Assembly: GCA_963924785.1 (NCBI GenBank)
Contig: CAWUTK010000245.1
Coordinates: forward strand, 1-39,805
DNA from: an uncultured Opitutales bacterium
GTDB taxonomy: Bacteria; Verrucomicrobiota; Verrucomicrobiia; Opitutales; CAJWYM01
Length of the DNA: 39,805 bases
Direction: 5' to 3'
Both the position numbers and the translations under genes were made by a program. Positions 9,885 through 18,541 of the stretch are shown here, piece after piece. A model generated the notes under the pieces. The model made no database searches. It was not told the DNA's origin and worked only from the letters and a program-made list of their open reading frames with translations. Position 1 is the first letter of the stretch, and each line of letters starts with the position of its first letter.

Positions 9885-10964
9885 TTATTTCAATCGATCC
9901 ATAATAATTCCAGTGATTTGCTGGACCAATTCTTCATGGCTTGTTTCACCCGCAGAATCAGTTGCACTAGATTGATTATTACGCGTAACCACACCTGACT
10001 GGAATTCAGAATTATCGCACAATTGGCATTCTTCCCAATTCTCACGTTTGTCATTCATGCCCAAACTCTTTCTAATACCAATCAATTCTTTCGCTTGTCC
10101 GCCTGTAATCGTCATTGGATCTTTCGACAAATGCATCGTTATCCAAATCGTCTTACAATAAGACTCGGTATTTTCCATTTTCCAATAAGCGTCCTCGATA
10201 TCACTACCCCAGCAAATAACGCCGTGGTTCAGCATCAAAATGGAATTATGCTCTTTCGCAGCATCACCAACGACTCTAGCATTTTCTGGGCTACCCGGAG
10301 TTTGATACTCAGCTAAACCAATTTGTCCAAGAAAAACTTCTGCTTCTGGAATCATACAAGTTGGAGGTTGAAGACCTGACACGGCAAATGCGGTCGCATG
10401 AACAGGATGTGCGTGACAACAAGACTTCGCAGCAGGGTTTGCTTTCATCACCGCGATATGAGTCATCACCTCACTAGTGCGCTTACGTTTCCCAGCCAAC
10501 TGATTTCCATCAAGGTCAACAAGGCACATATCCTCTGCTTTCATATACCCTTTACAGATCAAAGTTGGTGTACAAAGCACTAGATTATCCCCAACACGTA
10601 TAGTTAAATTCCCTCCGTTTCCATCAGTATATTCGCGCTCCCACATCCTGCGACCCATGTCAGACATACGTTGCCTTAAAACAGAAATTTCTTCTGAATA
10701 ATAAAAGTTATGACATTCTTCTGGTGTTTTCGCATCCTTACCAGGAACCCAACGATATTCGTAATCGGGATTAGCTGGAACGTCTGCAACAAAACCACCA
10801 TTCGAACGTGACACAGTCGCCGACGCCGATTGAGTTCCGCCTTTCGATTGACGAATCAAATCTTTCGCTGAAGGCGTTAAAAGAGCTCCCTCAGGTATAC
10901 GACTTAAGTCTTCGCCATTTTTTATCATTTTTTCGATTTCTCGAACTGAATAAAGTTTTTTCAT
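9885..10964 (-). CDS. Class II aldolase (fuculose/rhamnulose-1-phosphate aldolase-like), BMC signature enzyme
   Basis: GNGGN, TSE, HAHP and NHG metal ligands; C-terminal amphipathic encapsulation-peptide-like helix HEELVQQITGIIMDRLK. Confidence 0.88.
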   Translation of the reverse strand: MKKLYSVREIEKMIKNGEDLSRIPEGALLTPSAKDLIRQSKGGTQSASATVSRSNGGFVADVPANPDYEYRWVPGKDAKTPEECHNFYYSEEISVLRQRMSDMGRRMWEREYTDGNGGNLTIRVGDNLVLCTPTLICKGYMKAEDMCLVDLDGNQLAGKRKRTSEVMTHIAVMKANPAAKSCCHAHPVHATAFAVSGLQPPTCMIPEAEVFLGQIGLAEYQTPGSPENARVVGDAAKEHNSILMLNHGVICWGSDIEDAYWKMENTESYCKTIWITMHLSKDPMTITGGQAKELIGIRKSLGMNDKRENWEECQLCDNSEFQSGVVTRNNQSSATDSAGETSHEELVQQITGIIMDRLK

Positions 10965-10979
10965 AATATTTAACGTAGT

Positions 10980-11285
10980 TTAAAGTTTTATAGATGATCC
11001 TTTATAATTAATTGTATCAATAATCGCTGCATTGTATGAATCAATAGGTGTTGGTTTCTTAAAAGGGGCTGTTGCTTCAGCACCCTCAATATAACCAATT
11101 ACATCATTCACACCTGCCCCTAAGTCATCATAAACAACAACTGAAGGTGAATCTGATAGTGGCAACATTTCCCCTGTATGCATTTGACCTTTACTCAGAG
11201 GACTGACAACCAACCAACGATCGCCAACAAATGCTGGATCCTTTTGGTTCAATACCACTCTTCCTATTACTTGACCTAAACGCAC
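10980..11285 (-). CDS. BMC pentamer vertex protein (EutN/CcmL family)
   Basis: MRLGQVIGRVV..K, DDLGAGVND.I, EGAEA, AAIID; GTG start. Confidence 0.88.
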   Translation of the reverse strand: MRLGQVIGRVVLNQKDPAFVGDRWLVVSPLSKGQMHTGEMLPLSDSPSVVVYDDLGAGVNDVIGYIEGAEATAPFKKPTPIDSYNAAIIDTINYKGSSIKL

Positions 11286-11304
11286 AATTTATTTCTGTTT
11301 CAAA

Positions 11305-11562
11305 TTATTCATCAACGATTCCAACGATGAGATTTCTCAACGGGGTGTGATTATCACCCAGTAGCTCCATTGTATAAGAACCATCTGTGGTAATTAACAC
11401 CTTATCCCCAATTCCAGCACTATGATTAGCCACTGAAACGAACGGTTCTCCTTGAGGTTCCTCTAATTCATTTATCTGCTGACACAATAATGCAGAACGC
11501 CCTTTCATACTTGGATGACAAGCTGTCGATACGACATTTCCAACTATACGTGCCATTAACAT
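11305..11562 (-). CDS. BMC pentamer vertex protein (EutN/CcmL family)
   Basis: ARIVGNVVST, AGIGDKVLI..DG, IVGIVD. Confidence 0.9.
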   Translation of the reverse strand: MLMARIVGNVVSTACHPSMKGRSALLCQQINELEEPQGEPFVSVANHSAGIGDKVLITTDGSYTMELLGDNHTPLRNLIVGIVDE

Positions 11563-11567
11563 AAATC

Positions 11568-13019
11568 TTAGAATAAATTCAAATCATCAACTAAAACACA
11601 ACGACGCGTTCTAGTAAAAGTTTTTGGAGTACTAATACCCTCACCTGTTGTTGTCGCAATTGAAAAGCTCGGATAACCTTCACCACCGATGCCCAAACCT
11701 GCCAAACAAGGACCATTTTTTACAAAGATTGTAGTATCTAATTCACGAGCCATGATCGACATATGACGAACATTCATCGTATGAATCATCGCAGAATGCT
11801 TATAACCATGCTCTGACTCTTTAGCTTGAGCAATCCCTTCAAAAATATCCTTAACCCGAACAACAGGAATCATCGGCATCATTTGTTCTTCAATTACAAA
11901 CAAATCATCAGCTCTTGTTTCTGCAAAAATAATATCAACATTACTTGCAACATTCGCACCAGCAACTCTAGCTAAGTCTGATGGATTCGCCCCAACTAAG
12001 GCACGATTTATAACAGGATGAGAACAGCCACCGCCGTCACCAGAAAATGTGAAGGCTTCTTTTGTTAAAGCAGTCAACTGCTGATTATTAATTAAACCGG
12101 CACCTGCTTTTTTGAATGCATTGATAAATTGCGAGTAGACTGAATCCACTACGAACACCTGCTTTTCACCGATACAAAGTAAATTATTATCAAAGCCAGC
12201 CCCAATAATTATATCTCTAGCCGCTCTATCTAAATCAGCTGAGTCATCAACTACAACTGGTGGATTACCTGGCCCCGCACAAATAGAACGTTTACCAGAC
12301 TTCATCGCGGCATCAACAACACCAGGACCACCCGTTACACATAATATGTTAACTAATTCATGGGCACAAATAGCATCAAATGTTTCTAAAGTCGGACTTT
12401 CAATTATATTTAATAATGAAGCTATTCCGATTTCACGCTCTATCGCTTTATTGAAATAATCAACTGCGATCGCCGCACATTTAGCACCACCTGGATGTGG
12501 ATTTATTAATAATGAATTACCAGCAGCAATCATATTAATCGCATTACAAGCAACTGTTGGGATCGAATGCGTAACGGGAGTAATCACACCAACAACTCCC
12601 CATGGTGCATTCTCTTCCATCGCAATCCCATGATCACCGCTCATTCCCGTAGGCGACATCCACTCTACACCAGGAATATTCTTAATGCCAACTAACTTAG
12701 CAATTTTATGATCAAGGCGCCCGATCTTTGTTTCTTCAAATTCTACTTTACCCCACTCATCTGCCTTTTCAGTACAAATAGCTTTAATGACTTCGATTGC
12801 CTTTGCACGACCTTCATAACCCTTCCCTTTTAATTCAAGGAACGCATTACTTGCAGATTGAGCGGCTTGATCCACATCATTAAATACACCACTACGACTT
12901 CCTAAACGGACATTAATCGATGGCGAACTTAAACGAGGGGTAGACTGCGAGCCATTAGTTCCTATTTTACCAAGAACTTCCTCAACAATACTTCTAATTT
13001 GTGATTCACTAACACTCAT
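11568..13019 (-). CDS. CoA-acylating aldehyde dehydrogenase (PduP/EutE family)
   Basis: PWGVVGVITPVTH, VTGGPGVV, AGPGNPPVVVD, FDNNLLCIGEK (catalytic Cys), EQMMP, TGEG..TFTRTRRC; N-terminal encapsulation-peptide-like helix. Confidence 0.93.
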   Translation of the reverse strand: MSVSESQIRSIVEEVLGKIGTNGSQSTPRLSSPSINVRLGSRSGVFNDVDQAAQSASNAFLELKGKGYEGRAKAIEVIKAICTEKADEWGKVEFEETKIGRLDHKIAKLVGIKNIPGVEWMSPTGMSGDHGIAMEENAPWGVVGVITPVTHSIPTVACNAINMIAAGNSLLINPHPGGAKCAAIAVDYFNKAIEREIGIASLLNIIESPTLETFDAICAHELVNILCVTGGPGVVDAAMKSGKRSICAGPGNPPVVVDDSADLDRAARDIIIGAGFDNNLLCIGEKQVFVVDSVYSQFINAFKKAGAGLINNQQLTALTKEAFTFSGDGGGCSHPVINRALVGANPSDLARVAGANVASNVDIIFAETRADDLFVIEEQMMPMIPVVRVKDIFEGIAQAKESEHGYKHSAMIHTMNVRHMSIMARELDTTIFVKNGPCLAGLGIGGEGYPSFSIATTTGEGISTPKTFTRTRRCVLVDDLNLF

Positions 13020-13048
13020 TATATTTAAATAAATTTAATAATTCGTTT

Positions 13049-13354
13049 TTACTTCTTAAAGATATTTTTGCCCAACACATCAACAGAATCTACGATTCCG
13101 ATAATCGATGCATCACATGGCAAACCTTTCAAACCCGAAGTCTGTCGAGCAGAACTCCCTTGGCAAAAGAGAACCATCTCCCCTTCACCAGCACCCATTC
13201 CATCAATGGCGACAATAGTATTTTTTCCCGGCGCAAACTTAGAGGGGTCTTTATCATCAACTAGCATTGGTCTTACCAACACTAACTTCTGACCGACCAT
13301 ATTGCCCTCTTTTTTAGTAGCGACAACATTGCCTATAACCTTAGCGAGAAACAT
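13049..13354 (-). CDS. BMC pentamer vertex protein (EutN/CcmL family)
   Basis: MFLAKVIGNVVATKK, VAIDGMGAGEGEMVL..QGSSAR, DASIIGIVD. Confidence 0.93.
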   Translation of the reverse strand: MFLAKVIGNVVATKKEGNMVGQKLVLVRPMLVDDKDPSKFAPGKNTIVAIDGMGAGEGEMVLFCQGSSARQTSGLKGLPCDASIIGIVDSVDVLGKNIFKK

Positions 13355-13363
13355 TACAAATGA

Positions 13364-13654
13364 CTATTTTCTAGCTTTAGCTACTTTAGGAAGAATTGCA
13401 TCTACATCTTGATGTGGACGTGCAATAACAAGAGAGCTTAGGACATTTCCAACACTTTCTGCTGCTTGAACGCCTGCATCAATTGCTGCTTGAACCGCTG
13501 CAACATCACCAGTGACAGTTGCACTTGCATATGCACTACCAACCATCTTAACTTCACCAGTCAACTCAACATTTGCTGCTTTAAGCATTGCATCTGTTCC
13601 GTGAACTAATGTTACCACTCCTTTTGTTTCTAATATACCAATTGCTTGTGACAT
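13364..13654 (-). CDS. BMC hexamer shell protein (divergent BMC-H)
   Basis: AIGILETKG, DAMLKAANV, GDVAAVQAA, VIARPH. Confidence 0.92.
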   Translation of the reverse strand: MSQAIGILETKGVVTLVHGTDAMLKAANVELTGEVKMVGSAYASATVTGDVAAVQAAIDAGVQAAESVGNVLSSLVIARPHQDVDAILPKVAKARK

Positions 13655-13712
13655 AATTTTCCTTTTTTGTTTTTAATTAATTTTTATTTTTTAAATTTAT
13701 ATAAGCTTATAC

Positions 13713-14897
13713 TTAGCCTCTATTTTTCATGAACCGATAAACTTCTTTCGCAATTACCAATTCCTCGTTTGCTGGAATTACATAAATTGCGACTTTAGAA
13801 TCCTCTGCACTTATTTTTACTTCTTTCCCTCTTGTCTTGTCATTCACGCCTTTATCCAAAACTAAACCAAACTCCTCTAGTCCTTCACAAACTTGCGCTC
13901 GCAACATTTGACCATTTTCGCCGATTCCAGCAGTGAAAACAAGTGCATCAACGCCACCTAACTCGAAAGCATAAGCGCCAATCCAATGCCTGATATCATG
14001 AACCAGTAAATCAAATGCAAACTTTGCATCGGTGTTACCTTCTTCCATCGCTTCTTCCAAATCACGAACATCATTACTAATACCTGACACGCCAAGTAAA
14101 CCGCTCTCTTTAGTCAATTGCCTTTCAGCTTCAACCAATGAGATATCAAGCGTTTTCGCAATATATGGAATCGCCATAGAATCCAAATCACCGACTCTAT
14201 TATTTTGAGGCAATCCACTTTGAGGACTGAAACCCATACTACAACCAATCGCCACTCCGTTTCTTATAGCAGTTACAGAACTACTACCACCAAGGTGACA
14301 ACTAATAACACGTAATGGTTTGCCTTCAATCTTAGATGGGCCCTTAACGTAAAGCTGACGTGCATTTTCTGCGACATCGTCTCTACCCAAAAGCTCAGCC
14401 GATCTCTCGGCAATAAACTTATGGCTTGCTCCATGAAATCCCCAACGCTGAACACCTGCATCATGCCATTTTTTGGGAATAGCATAACGTTGAGCAACTT
14501 CAGGCTTCCATTGATAAAAAGCAGTTTCAAAAAGAGCCACACTCGTCACCGATGGAATTTTCTCACGAAACTTTCGAATCCCATTTGCATAAACTGGATT
14601 GTGGGCAGGCGCGACAGCTTCAAAACCTTCTAGGGCTTCAATCACTTTCTCATCTGCTTCAACACAACCCGTTAGGTCTTTACCTAAAACAGTCTTGAAT
14701 CCAATCGCATCTAAAGATTCAACTGAATCAAGATGGCCCACATCCATTAACTCTTTTAAGCATTGATCAATAACTAGATCGTAATCAGTTACCCGTTCAA
14801 ATCCTCCTTGCGTCAACAATTCATCGTTTCCGTCCTCCATAGAGAACAGACGATACTTAAATGAAGTCGATCCGAGATTAGCAATTAGAATTTTCAC
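13713..14897 (-). CDS. ackA: Acetate/propionate kinase family (BMC-associated)
   Basis: ANLGSTSFKY, APAHNP, GFHGASH, CHLG, ESGLLGVSG.S.D.RD, FTAGIGEN, NEEL; start moved to GTG at 14897 (MKILIAN) from the tracked TTG at 14912. Confidence 0.88.
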   Translation of the reverse strand: MKILIANLGSTSFKYRLFSMEDGNDELLTQGGFERVTDYDLVIDQCLKELMDVGHLDSVESLDAIGFKTVLGKDLTGCVEADEKVIEALEGFEAVAPAHNPVYANGIRKFREKIPSVTSVALFETAFYQWKPEVAQRYAIPKKWHDAGVQRWGFHGASHKFIAERSAELLGRDDVAENARQLYVKGPSKIEGKPLRVISCHLGGSSSVTAIRNGVAIGCSMGFSPQSGLPQNNRVGDLDSMAIPYIAKTLDISLVEAERQLTKESGLLGVSGISNDVRDLEEAMEEGNTDAKFAFDLLVHDIRHWIGAYAFELGGVDALVFTAGIGENGQMLRAQVCEGLEEFGLVLDKGVNDKTRGKEVKISAEDSKVAIYVIPANEELVIAKEVYRFMKNRG

Positions 14898-14917
14898 AAG
14901 AGAGCCTAACAAGAAGC

Positions 14918-15199
14918 TTATTTTACAAATGAACCAAGCTTACCTAGATCATCATGAGGTCTTGGAATTACCTGAACCGCACTCACTTCACCTATTTTAG
15001 AAGCGGCTTCAGATCCAGCTTCAACCGCTGCTTTCACAGCTGCCACGTCACCAGTATAAAAACCAGCAACAAGTCCGCCACCAATTTTATTTACCCACCC
15101 GGTCATTGATACGTCCGCTGCTTTTAATGCTGCGTCGCTTGCTTCGATTAATGCTGCAAGACCTTTAGTCTCGATCATCCCTATAGCTTGTTTTGCCAT
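14918..15199 (-). CDS. BMC hexamer shell protein (BMC-H)
   Basis: AIGMIETKG, DAALKAADV, GDVAAVKAAVEAG, VIPRPH. Confidence 0.95.
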   Translation of the reverse strand: MAKQAIGMIETKGLAALIEASDAALKAADVSMTGWVNKIGGGLVAGFYTGDVAAVKAAVEAGSEAASKIGEVSAVQVIPRPHDDLGKLGSFVK

Positions 15200-15220
15200 T
15201 ATATTATCCTCTATTTAAAA

Positions 15221-15490
15221 TTAAAGTTCAAATTGTTTATTCAAGTCATTGTGCGGACGCGCAATCACATGAGAACTAACTAGCTCACCTACTCGGCTTG
15301 CTGCTTCAGATCCAGCCTCAACTGCGGCCTTCACACTCCCGACATCACCTTTAACAATCACGGTAATAAAACCACCGCCTGTTTGGATTTGTTTTAACAA
15401 GGTTACGTTCGCTGCTTTCACCATAGCGTCTGCGGCTTCAACGTTGCCGACATACCCTTTTGTTTCTACCATTCCTATTGATTCACTCAT
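15221..15490 (-). CDS. BMC hexamer shell protein (BMC-H, EutM/PduA-like)
   Basis: IGMVETKG, AADAMVKAANV, GDVGSVKAAVEAG, HVIARPH. Confidence 0.95.
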   Translation of the reverse strand: MSESIGMVETKGYVGNVEAADAMVKAANVTLLKQIQTGGGFITVIVKGDVGSVKAAVEAGSEAASRVGELVSSHVIARPHNDLNKQFEL

Positions 15491-15547
15491 AGTCTTTTAT
15501 TTTAGGTTTATTTTGTTTTCTTTAGATTTACTACAATTTGTAAAAAT

Positions 15548-16219
15548 TTACTTTATTAACTCACACGGCGTATTTTCTGATAAGCCACATGCATTTCCTT
15601 CATCTGTGTCTAAATGAACCTCCAATCTAACGGCAGGATCAACTCGAACTAACAATTGGTTAAAAGTCACACCAGATGGACCGCCAACTTTTAATTTCAT
15701 GTTATCCTTATGCTTCACTCCATAAAATTCAGCATCTGCAGGACTCATGTGAACATGAGGGGCTGCACGAATAACGCCCGATTCCATTTCAAAAAATCCT
15801 TTTGGCCCCATCAACATACAACCAGGTGTTCCTTCAACATCTCCTGATAAACGAACTGGAATATCAAAACCCAAAGATCTTGAATCGGTATAAGCCAGTT
15901 CGATTTGATTCATATCACGGCAAGGGCCTAATATTCTCAAATTAGAAATAATCTTACTCCTTGGTCCGATTAATGTGACGGTTTCTTTAGCAGCAAAATA
16001 ACCCTCTTGATACAACCACTTCATCGGCGTCAACTCATGGCCAGTACCAAAAAGTGCTTCAACCGCCTCTTGTGTTAAGTGACAATGCCTTGCACTGATA
16101 CTAACCAATAACGGATTAGGTTGCTGTGAATTATTATTAGAAGTCGGACTTAAACGACTATCCATGCACTCGCGAACAATTTGTTCTACTAAATTTCGAG
16201 ATGGGATTGAATTCAACAT
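15548..16219 (-). CDS. pduL: PduL-type phosphotransacylase
   Basis: SARHCHL, RILGPCR, PVRLSGD, HVHM, VHLDTDEGNA; N-terminal encapsulation-peptide-like helix RNLVEQIVRECM. Confidence 0.93.
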   Translation of the reverse strand: MLNSIPSRNLVEQIVRECMDSRLSPTSNNNSQQPNPLLVSISARHCHLTQEAVEALFGTGHELTPMKWLYQEGYFAAKETVTLIGPRSKIISNLRILGPCRDMNQIELAYTDSRSLGFDIPVRLSGDVEGTPGCMLMGPKGFFEMESGVIRAAPHVHMSPADAEFYGVKHKDNMKLKVGGPSGVTFNQLLVRVDPAVRLEVHLDTDEGNACGLSENTPCELIK

Positions 16220-16268
16220 AATTTTAAATTAAATAGGGCGTTCTTCTGTTACTTTCTTTAAATATGCA

Positions 16269-16309
16269 TGATTTTTCTTGATTTACAACAAAAAAATGAA
16301 GAAAATCAA
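16269..16309. promoter_or_regulatory. Imperfect inverted repeat / overlapping divergent promoter region between pduL and the DeoR gene
   Basis: TTTTCTTGATTT (16273-16284) versus AAATGAAGAAAA (16294-16305): 11 of 12 complementary, 9-nt spacer; TTGATT hexamers on both strands (16278-16283 +, 16304-16309 -). Confidence 0.45.
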
Positions 16310-16348
16310 AAATAACTACAGATTTATCAACATTCAACCAATGCCGCC

Positions 16349-17104
16349 ATGTTAGCAATCGAAAGACATCAAAAGATCATCGCCCACTTGAACGCCCATG
16401 GGAGTGCACGCACGATGGATTTGGCAGATGCATTATCCGTCACAGATGAAACTATCAGAAGAGACTTGGATTCTTTATCAAAAGATAAACTTTTAGCTAA
16501 AACACATGGTGGCGCCATAAAAATAGGAAAACAAACCCAAGATTTATCACTCCTAGAACGCCAAATTCAAAATATAGATGAAAAAAAGCAAATAGCCAGA
16601 AGCGCCCTTTATCTAATTAAAGCCAATGAAACACTTTTCTTTGATGCGAGCTCTACAGTCATTGAACTCGCAAAAATATTACCCGACATGCCTCTAACGA
16701 TAATAACCCATTCCTTAACGGTGATATCGCTACTAGCAGACAAGCCTTCTATTAAACTCATTTCTACCGGGGGATCGCTGAACAAAAGCTCTAGATCATT
16801 TACTGGCAGTCACGCATGGAAAACTCTAGAAAAATATCATATCAATAAAATGTTTGTTTCCGGTAATGGTATCGACCTAGAACGTGGCGTGAGTGAGATT
16901 AGTGATCAAGAAGCTGACATTAAAGGAGCTGCTCTAAAATTTGCTGATGAAATGATCTTTCTCGCTGATGAATCAAAATTAGGCGTAAAGCTCAACTTCT
17001 TCTTTGCTAATATAGATGAAATAAACACCTTGGTCACAAATCAAAGGCCCAACTCCAAGTGGATCACCGCATGTAAGAAAATTGGGATTAATATTATTAG
17101 CTAG
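16349..17104 (+). CDS. DeoR/GlpR-family transcriptional regulator of the BMC locus
   Basis: ERHQKI, VTDETIRRDL..L HTH, KTHGGA, EKKQIA, FFDASST, ADESK. Confidence 0.94.
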   Translation: MLAIERHQKIIAHLNAHGSARTMDLADALSVTDETIRRDLDSLSKDKLLAKTHGGAIKIGKQTQDLSLLERQIQNIDEKKQIARSALYLIKANETLFFDASSTVIELAKILPDMPLTIITHSLTVISLLADKPSIKLISTGGSLNKSSRSFTGSHAWKTLEKYHINKMFVSGNGIDLERGVSEISDQEADIKGAALKFADEMIFLADESKLGVKLNFFFANIDEINTLVTNQRPNSKWITACKKIGINIIS

Positions 17105-18522
17105 GGATTATTTAAAAACTCAATAGGCGTTTTCTCATCACTCTCTCCAACCTTTTCACTAAGGCGCTCGTACGAAAGAAATGGGTCACCAAATTTTTCG
17201 CACCAACCATAGGTAAGGTCAGTCAACTGCATGGCTAGCGGAATACTCTCAGTAGAATTAATCAAATTATCCAACTGAAGCGGGTCAGACAACCGGTCAT
17301 AAAGAACATTATGACTACGCGTATAACTCCTTCCCAGATCTGAAACCATCCGTGATGAGGTTTCAGACGAGCGCTCTATCTGCTCTAGAGCAAAGGTATA
17401 ACGCCGAGTATATACACCACGCCAAGAGGGAAGAAACATAAAGAGGGGAACACTTTCGACAGCATCGTCGTCCTGCTCTCGAATAGCCAATGATAAATCC
17501 TTACCTTGCCAATTCACAGGAATATCCAAGCCTAATAACCCTAGCAAAGTCGGCGCCATATCCAGCATCCCAAAAAGAAGTTCACTCACACGACCTCTAG
17601 ATAAAACCGTAGGCATTCTCATTACGAGAGGGATTCGGACAGCTACATCTTCCGGGTTCCCCTTATGACACTGAGCGGCATGAGCACCGAACGTTTCTCC
17701 ATGGTCGGATGTAAAAACGACTAATGTATTATCATCAACCCCCAGTTCCTCTAACTTTTTAAGTAGTAAGCCAAAATGATAATCGACTTCACTGCACATT
17801 GCATAATAACCTAAGGTCATGCGGCGATTTTCCAGTGTATTAGGCAAATGTGCACGTGGAATAATTTCATCCTCGTCGTATAATGCCTTGAACTCATCTG
17901 GTGCATCAAACTGCTGATACTTTTCATGGTCACCTCCCCCATGATTATGTGGAGCATGCCAAGAAACAAACAAGGAGAAAGGGTCATCGTTCTTAGTTGA
18001 TTCATCAAGGAAATCTAAGGCCTGCTCTGTCTGCCCTGAAACCTCCCATTGATTAAAATATTTTTTTTCTCCTTCCTCGTTCCAATAATAACAATGGTCG
18101 GAGTGATAATTAACATGGCAATTATTCGAAAGGAATTGATCATCAAACCCATGTCGATTCTGACCCGCAGGAATTGTCCGATTTCGCTCACCACCATAAA
18201 GATGCCATTTGCCAACGTAACCCATTTGATAACCAGCATCTCTTATCACATGCCCAAGTCCCGGACCAATTTCTTCCTCCGTAAACAATCGGCGATCATT
18301 ATAAATGCAATTATTAAAAAGGGGATGCCTTCCAGAAAACAGCATGGACCGGCTAGGTGTACAAACCGGGCAATTAGCAACTGCGTGTTCGAAACGAACT
18401 CCCTGCTTTGCAAAAGCATCAATATTTGGGGTTTTTATCTGCGAATTTCCTGCACACCCCAACATATCAAATGACTGCTGGTCAGAGAAAATAAAAAGCA
18501 GATTAGGCTGTGCTGAATTCAA
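17101..18522 (-). CDS. Formylglycine-dependent (S1) sulfatase, no visible signal peptide
   Basis: PNLLFIFSDQ, CTPSRSMLFSG (CxPxR), GYVGKWHL, SDHGE; start reassigned to TTG at 18522 behind an AAAGGA RBS, which removes the 89-bp overlap with the upstream gene. Confidence 0.9.
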   Translation of the reverse strand: MNSAQPNLLFIFSDQQSFDMLGCAGNSQIKTPNIDAFAKQGVRFEHAVANCPVCTPSRSMLFSGRHPLFNNCIYNDRRLFTEEEIGPGLGHVIRDAGYQMGYVGKWHLYGGERNRTIPAGQNRHGFDDQFLSNNCHVNYHSDHCYYWNEEGEKKYFNQWEVSGQTEQALDFLDESTKNDDPFSLFVSWHAPHNHGGGDHEKYQQFDAPDEFKALYDEDEIIPRAHLPNTLENRRMTLGYYAMCSEVDYHFGLLLKKLEELGVDDNTLVVFTSDHGETFGAHAAQCHKGNPEDVAVRIPLVMRMPTVLSRGRVSELLFGMLDMAPTLLGLLGLDIPVNWQGKDLSLAIREQDDDAVESVPLFMFLPSWRGVYTRRYTFALEQIERSSETSSRMVSDLGRSYTRSHNVLYDRLSDPLQLDNLINSTESIPLAMQLTDLTYGWCEKFGDPFLSYERLSEKVGESDEKTPIEFLNNP

Positions 18523-18541
18523 ACTATTTCCTTTTTGGCTA

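Noticed and set aside
13655-13712. Very AT-rich spacer between ackA and the third BMC-H gene (internal promoter or sRNA?)
   Set aside because: Only 58 bp; contains an RBS-like AAAGGA but no convincing -35/-10 pair or stable hairpin.
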